DNA from: Anaerolineae bacterium
Lineage (GTDB): Bacteria; Chloroflexota; Anaerolineae; Epilineales; Epilineaceae
DNA length: 64,000 nucleotides
Reading direction: 5' to 3'
Assembly (NCBI GenBank): GCA_034432155.1
Contig: DAOUCP010000035.1
Location: forward strand, 83,036-147,035
Below the pieces are notes generated by a model. The model worked only from the letters and a program-made list of their open reading frames with translations. It did no database searches and was not told the origin of the DNA. The stretch's first letter is position 1, and each line of letters starts with the position of its first letter. This document shows, in pieces, positions 26,736 through 35,282 of this stretch. Position numbers and translations under genes: made by a program.

Positions 26736-27851
26736 ATGAAACGCGACTACTACGAGGTGCTGGGCGTCGACCGCAGGGCCACCAGCGACGAGATTCGCCA
26801 GGCCTACCGGCGCCTGGCCCGGCAGCATCATCCGGACGTCCGGGGGAACGAACCGGGGGCCGAGGCGCGCTTCAAGGAGATCAACGAGGCCTACGAGGTG
26901 CTGCGTGATCCCGAACGACGAGCCCTGTACGATCGGTATGGCCACGCCGGCTTGGACTCCCGCACGGCTGCCGACGCCGGCTATCCGTTCAGCGATCTGG
27001 GGGACATCTTCGACCAGCTGTTCGGTTTCGGGTCGCGACCGCGCCCTCGGAGCCGACCTGCCGTCGAGCGCGGTCAGGATCGGCGCGTCCGACTGCGACT
27101 GGATTTGCCCGAGGCGGGCTTCGGAGTCACGCGGACGATCGAGGTGGATCGCTTCGAGCGCTGCGAAGCGTGCGGCGGCACGGGTGCCGAACCGGGTAGC
27201 GGCTCGGTGATCTGCAGCACATGTCAAGGTCAGGGTGAGATCCGCCGCGCCCAGGAGGTGCTCTTCGGCAGATTCGTTACATCCCAGACCTGCCCCCAGT
27301 GCCGCGGCGAGGGCCAGGTGATCGGCACGCCCTGCGCCACTTGCCGAGGGGATGGCCGGATCCTGAAGCGTCGCCGCCTGGAGGTGGACATTCCGCCCGG
27401 CATTGAGGACGGCATGCAGATTCGGTTGACCGGCGAGGGCGACGCGGGGCTGCGGGGTGGTCCGCATGGCGACCTGTTTGTGGTCGTCGAGGTCGCACCC
27501 CACCCCTTGTTCGAGCGGCAGGGCGGTGATTTGCACCTCGTGGTGCGCATCAATCCCGCCGAGGCGGCACTGGGCAGCGCCATCGAGGTGCCAACGTTGG
27601 ACGGTGCCACCACGCTGGTCGTTCCTGCCGGCACGCAGACCGGCGACACGGTGGTCGTGGAGGGCAAGGGAGTGCACCGTTTGGGCAGCGAGCGGCGCGG
27701 TAACCTGGTGGTCACCGTCCAGGTCATCACGCCCACCAAGCTCAGCCGCGAGGAGCGCCGCCTCTTCGAGCAGTTGCGGCTGAGCCTGCCGTCGGCCCAG
27801 GTGGTCGACCGTCGGAGTGTGTGGGAGCGCGTTCGCGAGCGGCTGGGGTGA
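26736..27851 (+). CDS. dnaJ: Chaperone DnaJ
   Basis: J domain MKRDYYEVLGVDRRATSDEIRQAYRRLARQHHPDV. G/F region. Four CxxCxGxG zinc-finger repeats (CEACGGTG, CSTCQGQG, CPQCRGEG, CATCRGDG). Confidence 0.95.
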   Translation: MKRDYYEVLGVDRRATSDEIRQAYRRLARQHHPDVRGNEPGAEARFKEINEAYEVLRDPERRALYDRYGHAGLDSRTAADAGYPFSDLGDIFDQLFGFGSRPRPRSRPAVERGQDRRVRLRLDLPEAGFGVTRTIEVDRFERCEACGGTGAEPGSGSVICSTCQGQGEIRRAQEVLFGRFVTSQTCPQCRGEGQVIGTPCATCRGDGRILKRRRLEVDIPPGIEDGMQIRLTGEGDAGLRGGPHGDLFVVVEVAPHPLFERQGGDLHLVVRINPAEAALGSAIEVPTLDGATTLVVPAGTQTGDTVVVEGKGVHRLGSERRGNLVVTVQVITPTKLSREERRLFEQLRLSLPSAQVVDRRSVWERVRERLG

Positions 27852-28747
27852 GTGAGTCGGCCGGCACCCTCATCGAGCTGAGCGTCGAAGTCGACGGCGA
27901 GGCCGCGGAGGCGGTGGCCGAGCTGTTCGAGCGCTACGGTGGTGGCGCCGTCGTGCACACCGAGGTCACCGCAGGGCCCGACGATGGCGCCAACCTGGCG
28001 GTGCCGATTACCCACGTCCGAACGTACCTCCCAGCCGACGACGTCGAAGCGCGCGCCCGACTCGAGCTCGGCTTGTGGTATCTCGGCCGGCTCCGGCCTA
28101 TTCCCGAAGCCACCATCCGTCAGCTGTCGCCGACCGACTGGGCCGAGGCCTGGAAGGAGCGCTACGTGCCGCAACGAATCGGTCGGCACTGCCTGGTGGT
28201 GCCTTCTTGGTGCCACGTCGAGCCGGCGCCGAGCGATCGCGTCATCGTGCTGGACCCGGGCATGTGCTTCGGAACCGGCCTGCACCCGACCACGCGACTC
28301 TGCCTGGCCTCGTTGGAGGACCTGGTCCGGCCTGGCGACCACGTTTTGGACGTGGGCACAGGGAGCGGCATTCTGGCGATTGCGGCAGCCAAGATGGGTG
28401 CTGGCCATGTGGTGGCTCTGGACATCCAGCGCGAGGCGGTGGACACCGCGAGGGCCAATGCGCAGCGCAACGGCATCGAGCTTGCGACATTCGTGGGCGA
28501 GACCTGGGAGTTGCCAGCGCAGGTGTTCGATGTCCTGGCCGCCAACTTACTGGCCGGGACCATTGTCACCCTGGCCCCCGAGTTCGCTCGTCGGCTGGTG
28601 CCAGGAGGCCGACTCGTGGCCTCCGGCATCCTCGTTGACCAAGGCCCACAGGTCGCCGAGGCCTTGCGCGCCGCCGGCTTTCGCATTGCGGCTGAGCCTT
28701 GCAGCGGGGACTGGCTGGCCCTGGTGGCGGTGAGGCCCGAAAGCTGA
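27821..28747 (+). CDS. prmA: Ribosomal protein L11 methyltransferase
   Basis: SAM-binding VLDVGTGSGILAIAAAKMGA. The PrmA N-domain is present. The start is either the ATG at 27821 or the GTG at 27848, which overlaps the dnaJ stop. Confidence 0.85.
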   Translation: MGARSRAAGVSESAGTLIELSVEVDGEAAEAVAELFERYGGGAVVHTEVTAGPDDGANLAVPITHVRTYLPADDVEARARLELGLWYLGRLRPIPEATIRQLSPTDWAEAWKERYVPQRIGRHCLVVPSWCHVEPAPSDRVIVLDPGMCFGTGLHPTTRLCLASLEDLVRPGDHVLDVGTGSGILAIAAAKMGAGHVVALDIQREAVDTARANAQRNGIELATFVGETWELPAQVFDVLAANLLAGTIVTLAPEFARRLVPGGRLVASGILVDQGPQVAEALRAAGFRIAAEPCSGDWLALVAVRPES

Positions 28748-28761
28748 ACACGCCGTCGCTG

Positions 28762-29481
28762 GTGCCGCGCCTGTTTGTGCCGGCGGGCAGCATCGTCGGC
28801 GGGAGACTCACACTGCGCGGGACGGACGCGGCTCGGGCCGTGGCGCGCGGAGTGCAGCCCGAAGGCGAACTAATAGCTTTGGACAACTCGGGTTGGGAGA
28901 CCGTTGTCCGCGTGGAGGGCTGCAGCGCCGACCTGTGCACCGGCGTCGTCTCCGGGCGTCGCCTTTCGCCCGAGCCGCGCACCAAGATCAGCCTGTACCA
29001 TGCGCTCCTCCATCCAGCCGACTACCGCCGGCTCATCATCGAGGGCACGGCACTCGGCGTGGTGGCGTTTGTGCCGCTCGTCTCGGATCGCTGTGAACTA
29101 CGCCGCCTGGACTATGGGGTCACGGCGGAGCCCGCGAACCACTGGACGGTTGTCGCTCGTGACGCGGCGGAGATTCACGGTCGCGGTCGCTGCCCCGTAC
29201 TGGCGCCGCCGATGCTCTACGATCAGGCGTTGGATGCCTGCCAGGTGAGCAGCCTGGCGTTGCTCCTATGCCCCGGCGGAAAGCCGCTGGCCAAGACCCT
29301 CGAAGGACGCCCCTTCTCGGTGGACGTCCTCTGTCCGCCGCCCAGCGGCTTCTCGGAGGCTGAGGTACGACGTGCCCAGAGCCGCGGTCTGGTGCTCACC
29401 GACTGGCCACGTGCCGGCATCGATCCGGTGGCGCCTGGCCTGGCGGTGGTGCGGGCCATCCTGTCGCTGACGGAAAGTTGA
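28762..29481 (+). CDS. rsmE: 16S rRNA (uracil1498-N3)-methyltransferase RsmE
   Basis: In-frame GTG at 28762 gives VPRLFVPAGSIVGGRLTLRG.., matching the RsmE N-terminus. A SPOUT C-domain is present. The gene order dnaJ-prmA-rsmE is conserved. Confidence 0.8.
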   Translation: MPRLFVPAGSIVGGRLTLRGTDAARAVARGVQPEGELIALDNSGWETVVRVEGCSADLCTGVVSGRRLSPEPRTKISLYHALLHPADYRRLIIEGTALGVVAFVPLVSDRCELRRLDYGVTAEPANHWTVVARDAAEIHGRGRCPVLAPPMLYDQALDACQVSSLALLLCPGGKPLAKTLEGRPFSVDVLCPPPSGFSEAEVRRAQSRGLVLTDWPRAGIDPVAPGLAVVRAILSLTES

Positions 29482-29508
29482 CAGCGGCCTGGCTGCGATC
29501 CTATAATC
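29478..29508 (+). promoter_or_regulatory. Consensus sigma70-type promoter: -35 TTGACA (29478-29483), 19-nt spacer, -10 TATAAT (29503-29508)
   Basis: A perfect TTGACA overlaps the rsmE stop. TATAAT is isolated in the GC-rich background and lies about 40 nt upstream of the ATG at 29551. Confidence 0.5.
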
Positions 29509-29550
29509 CTCGTTTGCGCGCCGCATGCCCGAGCGAGCTCTTCCCCGGAA

Positions 29551-30300
29551 ATGCCGAAACCAATCGACACGCCTGAATACTGGCTGGAATCGTTCACACC
29601 CACAAGCCACGAGCTGGACCACGTCTACGAGCGCGTTCTGGAAGCGGGCCGCCCGGCGGAGTTGGAGCAGTTGGCCCGGGAGCTGATCCGCTACCACGTG
29701 GACCGGATCACGCAAGCTCACCGCGCCAGTGCCAGTGGCGGCGTTCTGTATCGGCCGGCCGATCGATACACCGTCGGCCAGAAGGTGGTCTTCCCGATCC
29801 TGGAAGGCGCCGTGGGGACGGTCGATCGGGTGCGGCCGGGCAACAATCCGCACTACGGCCCGTATGAGGTCATTCGAGTCAAACTGCCCGGTGGCAGCCG
29901 CGAGTTCGCCGCCGGCCTGCAGACCGAACATGCCCTCAACCAGCAGCTGGGCGAGGTCGACCCCGAGGCCATTGCGGAGCGCTTCGCCGATCTCGTGACT
30001 CATCAGCTGCGCGAGATCCTGGGCGCCGATGCGGAGTGGGTCTCCCAGGGCGATCGCTGGGTCATCCGAGCCCTTCTGCCGGAAATCAACATGGGGCACT
30101 GCAACCTGGCCGAAGCCGTCCTGCTCTTGAGCGGCAATCCGTTGCCGGCGTCTGAGATCCTGCCGGAGCTGGGGGTCGATGAGAGCGCCCCTCTGGAAGC
30201 CTGGTCGATGGCCCTGGACCTGGCACTCGCTGCCGATGATCGTTTCCGCAACGTAGGCACCATCGATGCGCCGCTCTGGGCGCTCAAGGCGGCCTACTAG
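29551..30300 (+). CDS. Hypothetical protein (no recognisable domain)
   Basis: 249-aa ORF with no antisense competitor of note. It sits downstream of a strong promoter. Confidence 0.55.
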   Translation: MPKPIDTPEYWLESFTPTSHELDHVYERVLEAGRPAELEQLARELIRYHVDRITQAHRASASGGVLYRPADRYTVGQKVVFPILEGAVGTVDRVRPGNNPHYGPYEVIRVKLPGGSREFAAGLQTEHALNQQLGEVDPEAIAERFADLVTHQLREILGADAEWVSQGDRWVIRALLPEINMGHCNLAEAVLLLSGNPLPASEILPELGVDESAPLEAWSMALDLALAADDRFRNVGTIDAPLWALKAAY

Positions 30301-30414
30301 TGCCCCGCCGGGCGCGTCGTCTCGATGACGGCATGACGAGCCAAGACCGCCGCAGCGGCGACGACCAACTTGGCTCGGAAACCGCCGATCGGCCAGAGAA
30401 GAGCTGAAACGCCG

Positions 30415-30849
30415 ATGCACCCGTACGTCGACGTCCATACGCCATTTGCCATCGACCTCGAGTGGTGGCGAAGCCGGCATCGCCGACTGGAGCAAATCCT
30501 CGCCGACATGCTCAGCGAAAGCGACCCGGGAGCATTCGATGGTCCACCCATGGACTATGTCGACCCCGACACGGCGGAAGTCCATCAGCTGCCGCCCTTG
30601 TGGGTTCGCGTGCTCGTGGAGCGAGCCCCCAAGCCCGACTACCTAGACCCCGCCATTCCCCTCGCCACCGCGGTCCTGCGTACGCTTATCGAGAACCTCA
30701 ATCGCCCGATGACGGCGACGGAAATCTATCGTCGCATCAGCCGCACCAGCCCGGAGACCATTCTGCGCCTGCTGCGCGCTGCCGAGGAGCAGTACGGAAT
30801 CATTCCGATTGTCGGCCAGACGAAGCCACGCCAGAAGCCGCGGCGCTAG
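30415..30849 (+). CDS. Hypothetical protein
   Basis: The ORF 30370..30849 is likely to start at the ATG at 30415 (MHPYVDVHTPFAIDLEWW...). The C-terminus is basic. There is no recognisable domain. Confidence 0.45.
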   Translation: MHPYVDVHTPFAIDLEWWRSRHRRLEQILADMLSESDPGAFDGPPMDYVDPDTAEVHQLPPLWVRVLVERAPKPDYLDPAIPLATAVLRTLIENLNRPMTATEIYRRISRTSPETILRLLRAAEEQYGIIPIVGQTKPRQKPRR

Positions 30850-30909
30850 GCATTCCTGAAGGCGGCGCCGCCGGGCAAGCGGCGATCGGCTCGCACCGTC
30901 CAGCCTGCG

Positions 30910-33348
30910 ATGCTTGCGCCACGAAGGGGGAGCGCGAAGGAACGGGAGAGACTCCCGTGGCTGTGGCGCGGAGGCGCGGTGACGCTCGTGGTTGCCGCCT
31001 TCTTGGCCCGGTCCTACCGGCTGGATACCCAGAGTCTCTGGTACGACGAGGGCCTTAGCGTCGCGCTCGCGGGGCGCAGTCTGGTCACCATCGCCCGCAA
31101 CGCTGCTGCCGACATCCATCCGCCGCTGTACTATGTCGCGCTGGCCGGGTGGACGCGCTTCGTTGGCTCGAGCGCCTTCGCCGCCCGCTTTCTGTCCGTC
31201 GTCGCCGGCACCTGTCTGGTGGCGCTGACCTGCGCCCTTGGCCGTCGCCTATGGTCCCCTGTCGTAGCTCTGGGCGCGTGCTTGCTGGCCGCCATCTCAC
31301 CGTACCTGATCTGGTACAGCCAGGAAGCCCGGATGTACATGCTGGTCGCCACCCTGGGGGCCGCGGCCCTGTGGCTGAGCCTGGATCTCCTGGCCGCTCC
31401 GGCGTCCGCGAGCCGAGGGCACGGCAGTCGCTGGTTGGCCCTCCTCGCCCTAGAGACCGCCAGTTTGTACAGCCACTACCTGGTCGGAGCGAGCGTCGCC
31501 GCCGCCCTGAACGTCACGGCGCTGCTCGCGATCCGAGCCGGGAACTCCGGCCGCCAAGCGGGATGGTGCCGGCCCGAGACCCGGCTTGCCCGTCGGACGC
31601 CAAGGGGGTGGCGGCCCGACACGCTGCTCGCCCCACGGACGCCAAGGCGGTGGCGCCTCGACACCCTGCTCGCCCCCCAGACGGCGCGCCGGGGGCACAT
31701 TCGCGCGGCCGCCGACGCGGAGCCATCGGAGGGCGCTCTTGTGGCTCGGACGGCCTGGCTCCGGCGCTGGCTCGGGGTGCAACTGGCAGCCTTCCTATTG
31801 TTCGCGCCTTGGCTGTGGTGGGCCTGGCCGACGCTGGCCCAGTGGCCAGCCACCAGCTCGCCCTTCGGCATCCGCTATGCCCTGGCCGAAGCCTTGCGGG
31901 TGTTCTCCCTCGGCGCGCGACGCCCGGACCAGGCCGCTGCCTGGACCTGGCTTTGGGCGGCAACCGCGGCCCTGGGACTTGTCAGCCCTGGGCGCCGCGG
32001 CCAGCGCCTCGGGCCGTGCCTGGCACTCACCTGGGCGATCCTGCCGCCCCTGGGCCTGTGGCTGGCGGGGCTCTCGCGGCCAGCCTGGGAGGCCAAGCAA
32101 CTCATCGCTGGCGCGCTCGGCTTCGAGCTGCTCGCGGCAGCCGGCGCCGTCCATTTGGCTCGCTTGGCCGGCGGCGGTCTGGGCGTTGGAGCCCCACGGA
32201 ACCTTGCCGCGGCGCCGGCCGCGCTCGACAGGGCCCTGCGCTCGGCGGTGGTCGGCGGTGTGCTCCTGGCTGCTCTCGGGTTGCCCCGGCTCGCAAGCCT
32301 GCTTGCCACGTGGCACGACCCACGGCTGCAACGGGACGACTACCGGGGCATTGCGCAGACGGTGGCGCAATGGGCAGGCCCCGGCGATGCAGTGCTGCTC
32401 AATGCACCGACGCAGATTGAGATCTTCGAGTACTACGATCGCCGCGCCCATCCCACCTACCCGCTGCCTCGCTCGCGGCCGCCCGACCGAACCGCGACCG
32501 AGCTCGAACTGGGCGCCATCGCCAGGCGGCACCGGGACTTGTTCGCCGTGTTGTGGGCGACCGAGCAGAGCGACCCGGATGGTATCGTGGAGCACTGGCT
32601 CAACCGCCAGCGCTACAAGGTCTTCGATCGCTGGTTCGGCAACGTGCGGTTGGCGCTGTGGGCCGAGGCGCGCCAGCCACTCCGACCTCGGGCGCTCGGC
32701 GCGGGCGTCGATTTTGGCGGCCAGCTGTGTCTGCGCCGGCTGGCACACTCGCCGCTCCGTGTGCCACGGGGCGAGATCCTCACTCTCGACGCGTGGTGGC
32801 AGGCGCTTCGCCAACCTGAGGCTGACTACGTCGTCTTCGTGCAGCTCCTGGATGCCTCGGGGCGTCTGGCCGCGCAGCGGGACATGCCCCCTGGCGGTGG
32901 ATCGGAACGGACCTCCCGCTGGCTCGCCCACGCGCCGGCGACGCCGTCAGCCACCGCCGGCGACGCAAGCACATGCGGGCTGGCGACTACCGCCGGCACC
33001 CGCGAGGCAGCCGCCGGCGGGAAAGCGACTGCCACCGCCGCCCGCGAGGGAACCGCAAGCCCGATCGCGACTGCCACCGCCGCCCGCGAGGCAACGGCCA
33101 GTGGAACTGCGACCGCCGTCGCTGTGCATGATGCTGGGGCCAGCCAGGAGGCGACGGCTGTCACCCGCGGCTGGCACCTGGACCGAATCGGCCTTCGGCT
33201 GCCGCCGGACCTGGCACCCGGACGCTACACCCTCATCCTGGGGCTTTACCATCCGACCACGCGCCAGCGCCTGGCGCCGGACTCGGCGGCCACCCGGTCG
33301 CCCGGTGCGCCGGATGCGCTGACCATCGGCAGCGTCATCGTGCCATGA
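30910..33348 (+). CDS. Polytopic membrane glycosyltransferase, GT39/GT83 (PMT_2 / ArnT-like, protein O-mannosyltransferase family)
   Basis: Loop-1 motif SLWYDEGLSVALA...DIHPPLYY. Many TM helices. Large C-terminal soluble domain. Inserted 2 x 42-nt repeat and Ala/Thr-rich low-complexity stretch. Confidence 0.75.
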   Translation: MLAPRRGSAKERERLPWLWRGGAVTLVVAAFLARSYRLDTQSLWYDEGLSVALAGRSLVTIARNAAADIHPPLYYVALAGWTRFVGSSAFAARFLSVVAGTCLVALTCALGRRLWSPVVALGACLLAAISPYLIWYSQEARMYMLVATLGAAALWLSLDLLAAPASASRGHGSRWLALLALETASLYSHYLVGASVAAALNVTALLAIRAGNSGRQAGWCRPETRLARRTPRGWRPDTLLAPRTPRRWRLDTLLAPQTARRGHIRAAADAEPSEGALVARTAWLRRWLGVQLAAFLLFAPWLWWAWPTLAQWPATSSPFGIRYALAEALRVFSLGARRPDQAAAWTWLWAATAALGLVSPGRRGQRLGPCLALTWAILPPLGLWLAGLSRPAWEAKQLIAGALGFELLAAAGAVHLARLAGGGLGVGAPRNLAAAPAALDRALRSAVVGGVLLAALGLPRLASLLATWHDPRLQRDDYRGIAQTVAQWAGPGDAVLLNAPTQIEIFEYYDRRAHPTYPLPRSRPPDRTATELELGAIARRHRDLFAVLWATEQSDPDGIVEHWLNRQRYKVFDRWFGNVRLALWAEARQPLRPRALGAGVDFGGQLCLRRLAHSPLRVPRGEILTLDAWWQALRQPEADYVVFVQLLDASGRLAAQRDMPPGGGSERTSRWLAHAPATPSATAGDASTCGLATTAGTREAAAGGKATATAAREGTASPIATATAAREATASGTATAVAVHDAGASQEATAVTRGWHLDRIGLRLPPDLAPGRYTLILGLYHPTTRQRLAPDSAATRSPGAPDALTIGSVIVP
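31594..31677 (+). repeat. 2 x 42-nt in-frame tandem repeat (RTPRGWRPDTLLAP / RTPRRWRLDTLLAP) inside the GT39-like gene
   Basis: Direct repeat read in the sequence. Confidence 0.6.
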
Positions 33349-33382
33349 GCGCCCAGTCTGGCAGGGCTGCCGGGCACCGACG

Positions 33383-33411
33383 TTGCGCCCCTCGGCAGCG
33401 GCTGCCATAAT
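33383..33411 (+). promoter_or_regulatory. Putative promoter of yhhQ-queF: -35 TTGCGC (33383-33388), 17-nt spacer, -10 CATAAT (33406-33411), flanked by two GGCAG(n)GCTGCC palindromes
   Basis: Isolated AT-rich hexamer 24 nt upstream of the ATG at 33435. Palindromes at 33360-33371 and 33394-33406. Confidence 0.4.
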
Positions 33412-33434
33412 CGCTTGGCCAAACAGGACACCTC

Positions 33435-34184
33435 ATGGCCAATCGCGACAAGCTCCCCACCGCCGGTGCGGCGCGGCCATACCGGTTCTTGAGCACCATC
33501 ACCGCCTTGTTCGTCACGGCCTTGATCACGGCCAACATCCTGGCGGTCAAGCCGGTTGAGCTCGGCAAGCTCGTGTTCCCGGCGGCTGTCGTCATCTTTC
33601 CTTTGAGCTATCTCTTTGGCGATGTCCTTACCGAGGTCTACGGCTACGCCCGCGCCCGCGAGGTTATCTGGACGGGCTTCGCCTGCAACCTAATCGCCGT
33701 GCTGGCGATTGCCATCGCCGGCGCGCTGCCGGCGGCGACCTTCTGGTCCGAAGGGCAGAATGCCTACCGTCTCATCCTTGGCGCCACGCCCCGTATCTTG
33801 GCGGCATCCTTCGCCGCTTACCTCGTCGGGGAGTTCCTGAACGCCTATGTGTTGGCTCGGCTCAAGGTAATCACCGGTGGCCGCTGGCTGTGGAGCCGGA
33901 CCATCGCAAGCACTCTTCTCGGCCAGCTTGGCGACTCCGCGGTCTTCATCACCGCTGCCTTCGGCGGGGTCTGGCCAACCGACCGGCTAGGCGGGGCGGT
34001 TATCACCCAGTGGCTTCTCAAGAGCGGCTACGAAGCCCTCGCCACGCCGCTCACATACGCGGTGGTGAACTTTCTCAAGCGGCAGGAAGTCGAGGACTAC
34101 TTCGACCGCCACACCGACTTCAGCCCCCTCCGGCTGCGTCGGCTGAGCCGTGCCTCCCGGCCCGAGAAAGGAGTCCCGCCATGA
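33435..34184 (+). CDS. yhhQ: Queuosine precursor (preQ0/preQ1) transporter, YhhQ/DUF165 family
   Basis: 6-TM protein LFVTALITANILAVKPVELG...FPLSYLFGDVLTEVYGY. It is collinear with E. coli YhhQ and is immediately followed by queF with an ATGA overlap. Confidence 0.75.
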   Translation: MANRDKLPTAGAARPYRFLSTITALFVTALITANILAVKPVELGKLVFPAAVVIFPLSYLFGDVLTEVYGYARAREVIWTGFACNLIAVLAIAIAGALPAATFWSEGQNAYRLILGATPRILAASFAAYLVGEFLNAYVLARLKVITGGRWLWSRTIASTLLGQLGDSAVFITAAFGGVWPTDRLGGAVITQWLLKSGYEALATPLTYAVVNFLKRQEVEDYFDRHTDFSPLRLRRLSRASRPEKGVPP

Positions 34185-35134
34185 ACCAGGGCACAACACC
34201 CTCACGGAAGCGAATGGGCGTTCCATCGCCTGAGCAGCGCTCGCGGCCCGAGGGGCCCCCGCGAGCCATCCGCGCCATGGCAGGTACGAAGGACCGGCGC
34301 TCCAGTCCGCCCGCCGGGGCGGGCAGACCCGAACGGAGAAGCAGCAAGGACCGACGCTCCGGTCCGCCCGCCGGTGCGGGCAGACCCGAACGGAGAAGCA
34401 GCAAGGACCGACGCTCGGGTCCGCCCGCCGGGGCGGGAAGACTCGCACGCGGAGGCGGCAAGGAGCGCCGGTCGGGCCCGCCAGTCGGCACGGGCAAGCC
34501 CCGACGAGCGCCTCAGGAACGCACCGGCGCTGGGTCCGTCCGCCAGCCGCCGCCGCAGCGCGCCCCACGACGCGGCCCGGCATCGCGATCCGAGGGCCAA
34601 GCCGACTTCCCAAGACCCGGCCACCGGCGGTCATCCCCGGCAGCCGGGTCGCAGCGGTCGCGCTGGCAAGCTTCCCCCGCTCCGACCGCCGAAGCGTCGC
34701 CAAGCGCGGAGCCAGGCGCACCGCCCACTGCGCCGGCGCGTGAGGACCTTCTTTCCGGTCTTACCCTGTTGGGATCGCCCACCACGGGCCCGACGCGGCA
34801 GCTGGAGACCTTCGCCAACCTCCACCCCGAACGGCCGTATGTCGTCACCCTGAGCTGTCCGGAGTTCACTTGTCTATGCCCGGCCACCGGTCAGCCTGAC
34901 TTCGCGCGACTGACCATTCGCTACGTGCCCAACGAGCGCATCCTGGAGAGCAAGTCCTTGCGCCTCTACCTTTGGTCATTCCGCAACGAAGGCCACTTTC
35001 ACGAGCACGTCACCAACCGCATCTTGGACGACCTCGTGGCCGCCCTCGCGCCCCGATCGTGCGAGGTCATCGGGCGCTTCCATGTCCGCGGCGGCATCGC
35101 CATCACCGTGGAAGCCCGCTACCCAAGCCCGTAG
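34181..35134 (+). CDS. queF: NADPH-dependent 7-cyano-7-deazaguanine reductase QueF (type I) with an about 190-aa low-complexity N-terminal extension; the true start may be internal
   Basis: C-terminal 130 aa is LETFANLHPERPYVVTLSCPEFTCLCPATGQPDFARLTIRYVPNERILESKSLRLYLWSFRNEGHFHEHVTNRILDDL...GGIAITVEARY. It carries the catalytic Cys and the QueF motif E(S/L)K(S/A)hK(L/Y)(Y/F/W), here ESKSLRLYLW. The ATG at 34181 overlaps the yhhQ stop. No ATG or GTG lies between 34181 and the QueF core. Confidence 0.7.
   Translation: MNQGTTPSRKRMGVPSPEQRSRPEGPPRAIRAMAGTKDRRSSPPAGAGRPERRSSKDRRSGPPAGAGRPERRSSKDRRSGPPAGAGRLARGGGKERRSGPPVGTGKPRRAPQERTGAGSVRQPPPQRAPRRGPASRSEGQADFPRPGHRRSSPAAGSQRSRWQASPAPTAEASPSAEPGAPPTAPAREDLLSGLTLLGSPTTGPTRQLETFANLHPERPYVVTLSCPEFTCLCPATGQPDFARLTIRYVPNERILESKSLRLYLWSFRNEGHFHEHVTNRILDDLVAALAPRSCEVIGRFHVRGGIAITVEARYPSP
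34270..34440 (+). repeat. About 3 x 57-nt in-frame tandem repeat (19-aa unit PERRSSKDRRSGPPAGAGR) within the queF 5' extension
   Basis: Units at 34327-34383 and 34384-34440 are near-identical; a partial copy lies upstream. Confidence 0.7.
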
Positions 35135-35282
35135 CCAGGGCGCCTGCCGCAGGGGATCCCGGCGTGGCCGCGCCCTGCGGCCGTCCGCCGCATTTGAGGT
35201 TCCCTTGTCAGCGCTCACTCGCCCTCTGCCACCACCGACACTGCCTGGCCCGCGCTCTCTCGCCCTGCGGCCGTCCGCCGGC

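Noticed and set aside
33340-33435. preQ1 riboswitch upstream of yhhQ-queF
   Set aside because: The predicted leader is about 16 nt. No hairpin + A-rich tail resembling preQ1-I and no preQ1-II pseudoknot signature was seen. A protein operator hypothesis is proposed instead. A covariance search is still needed.
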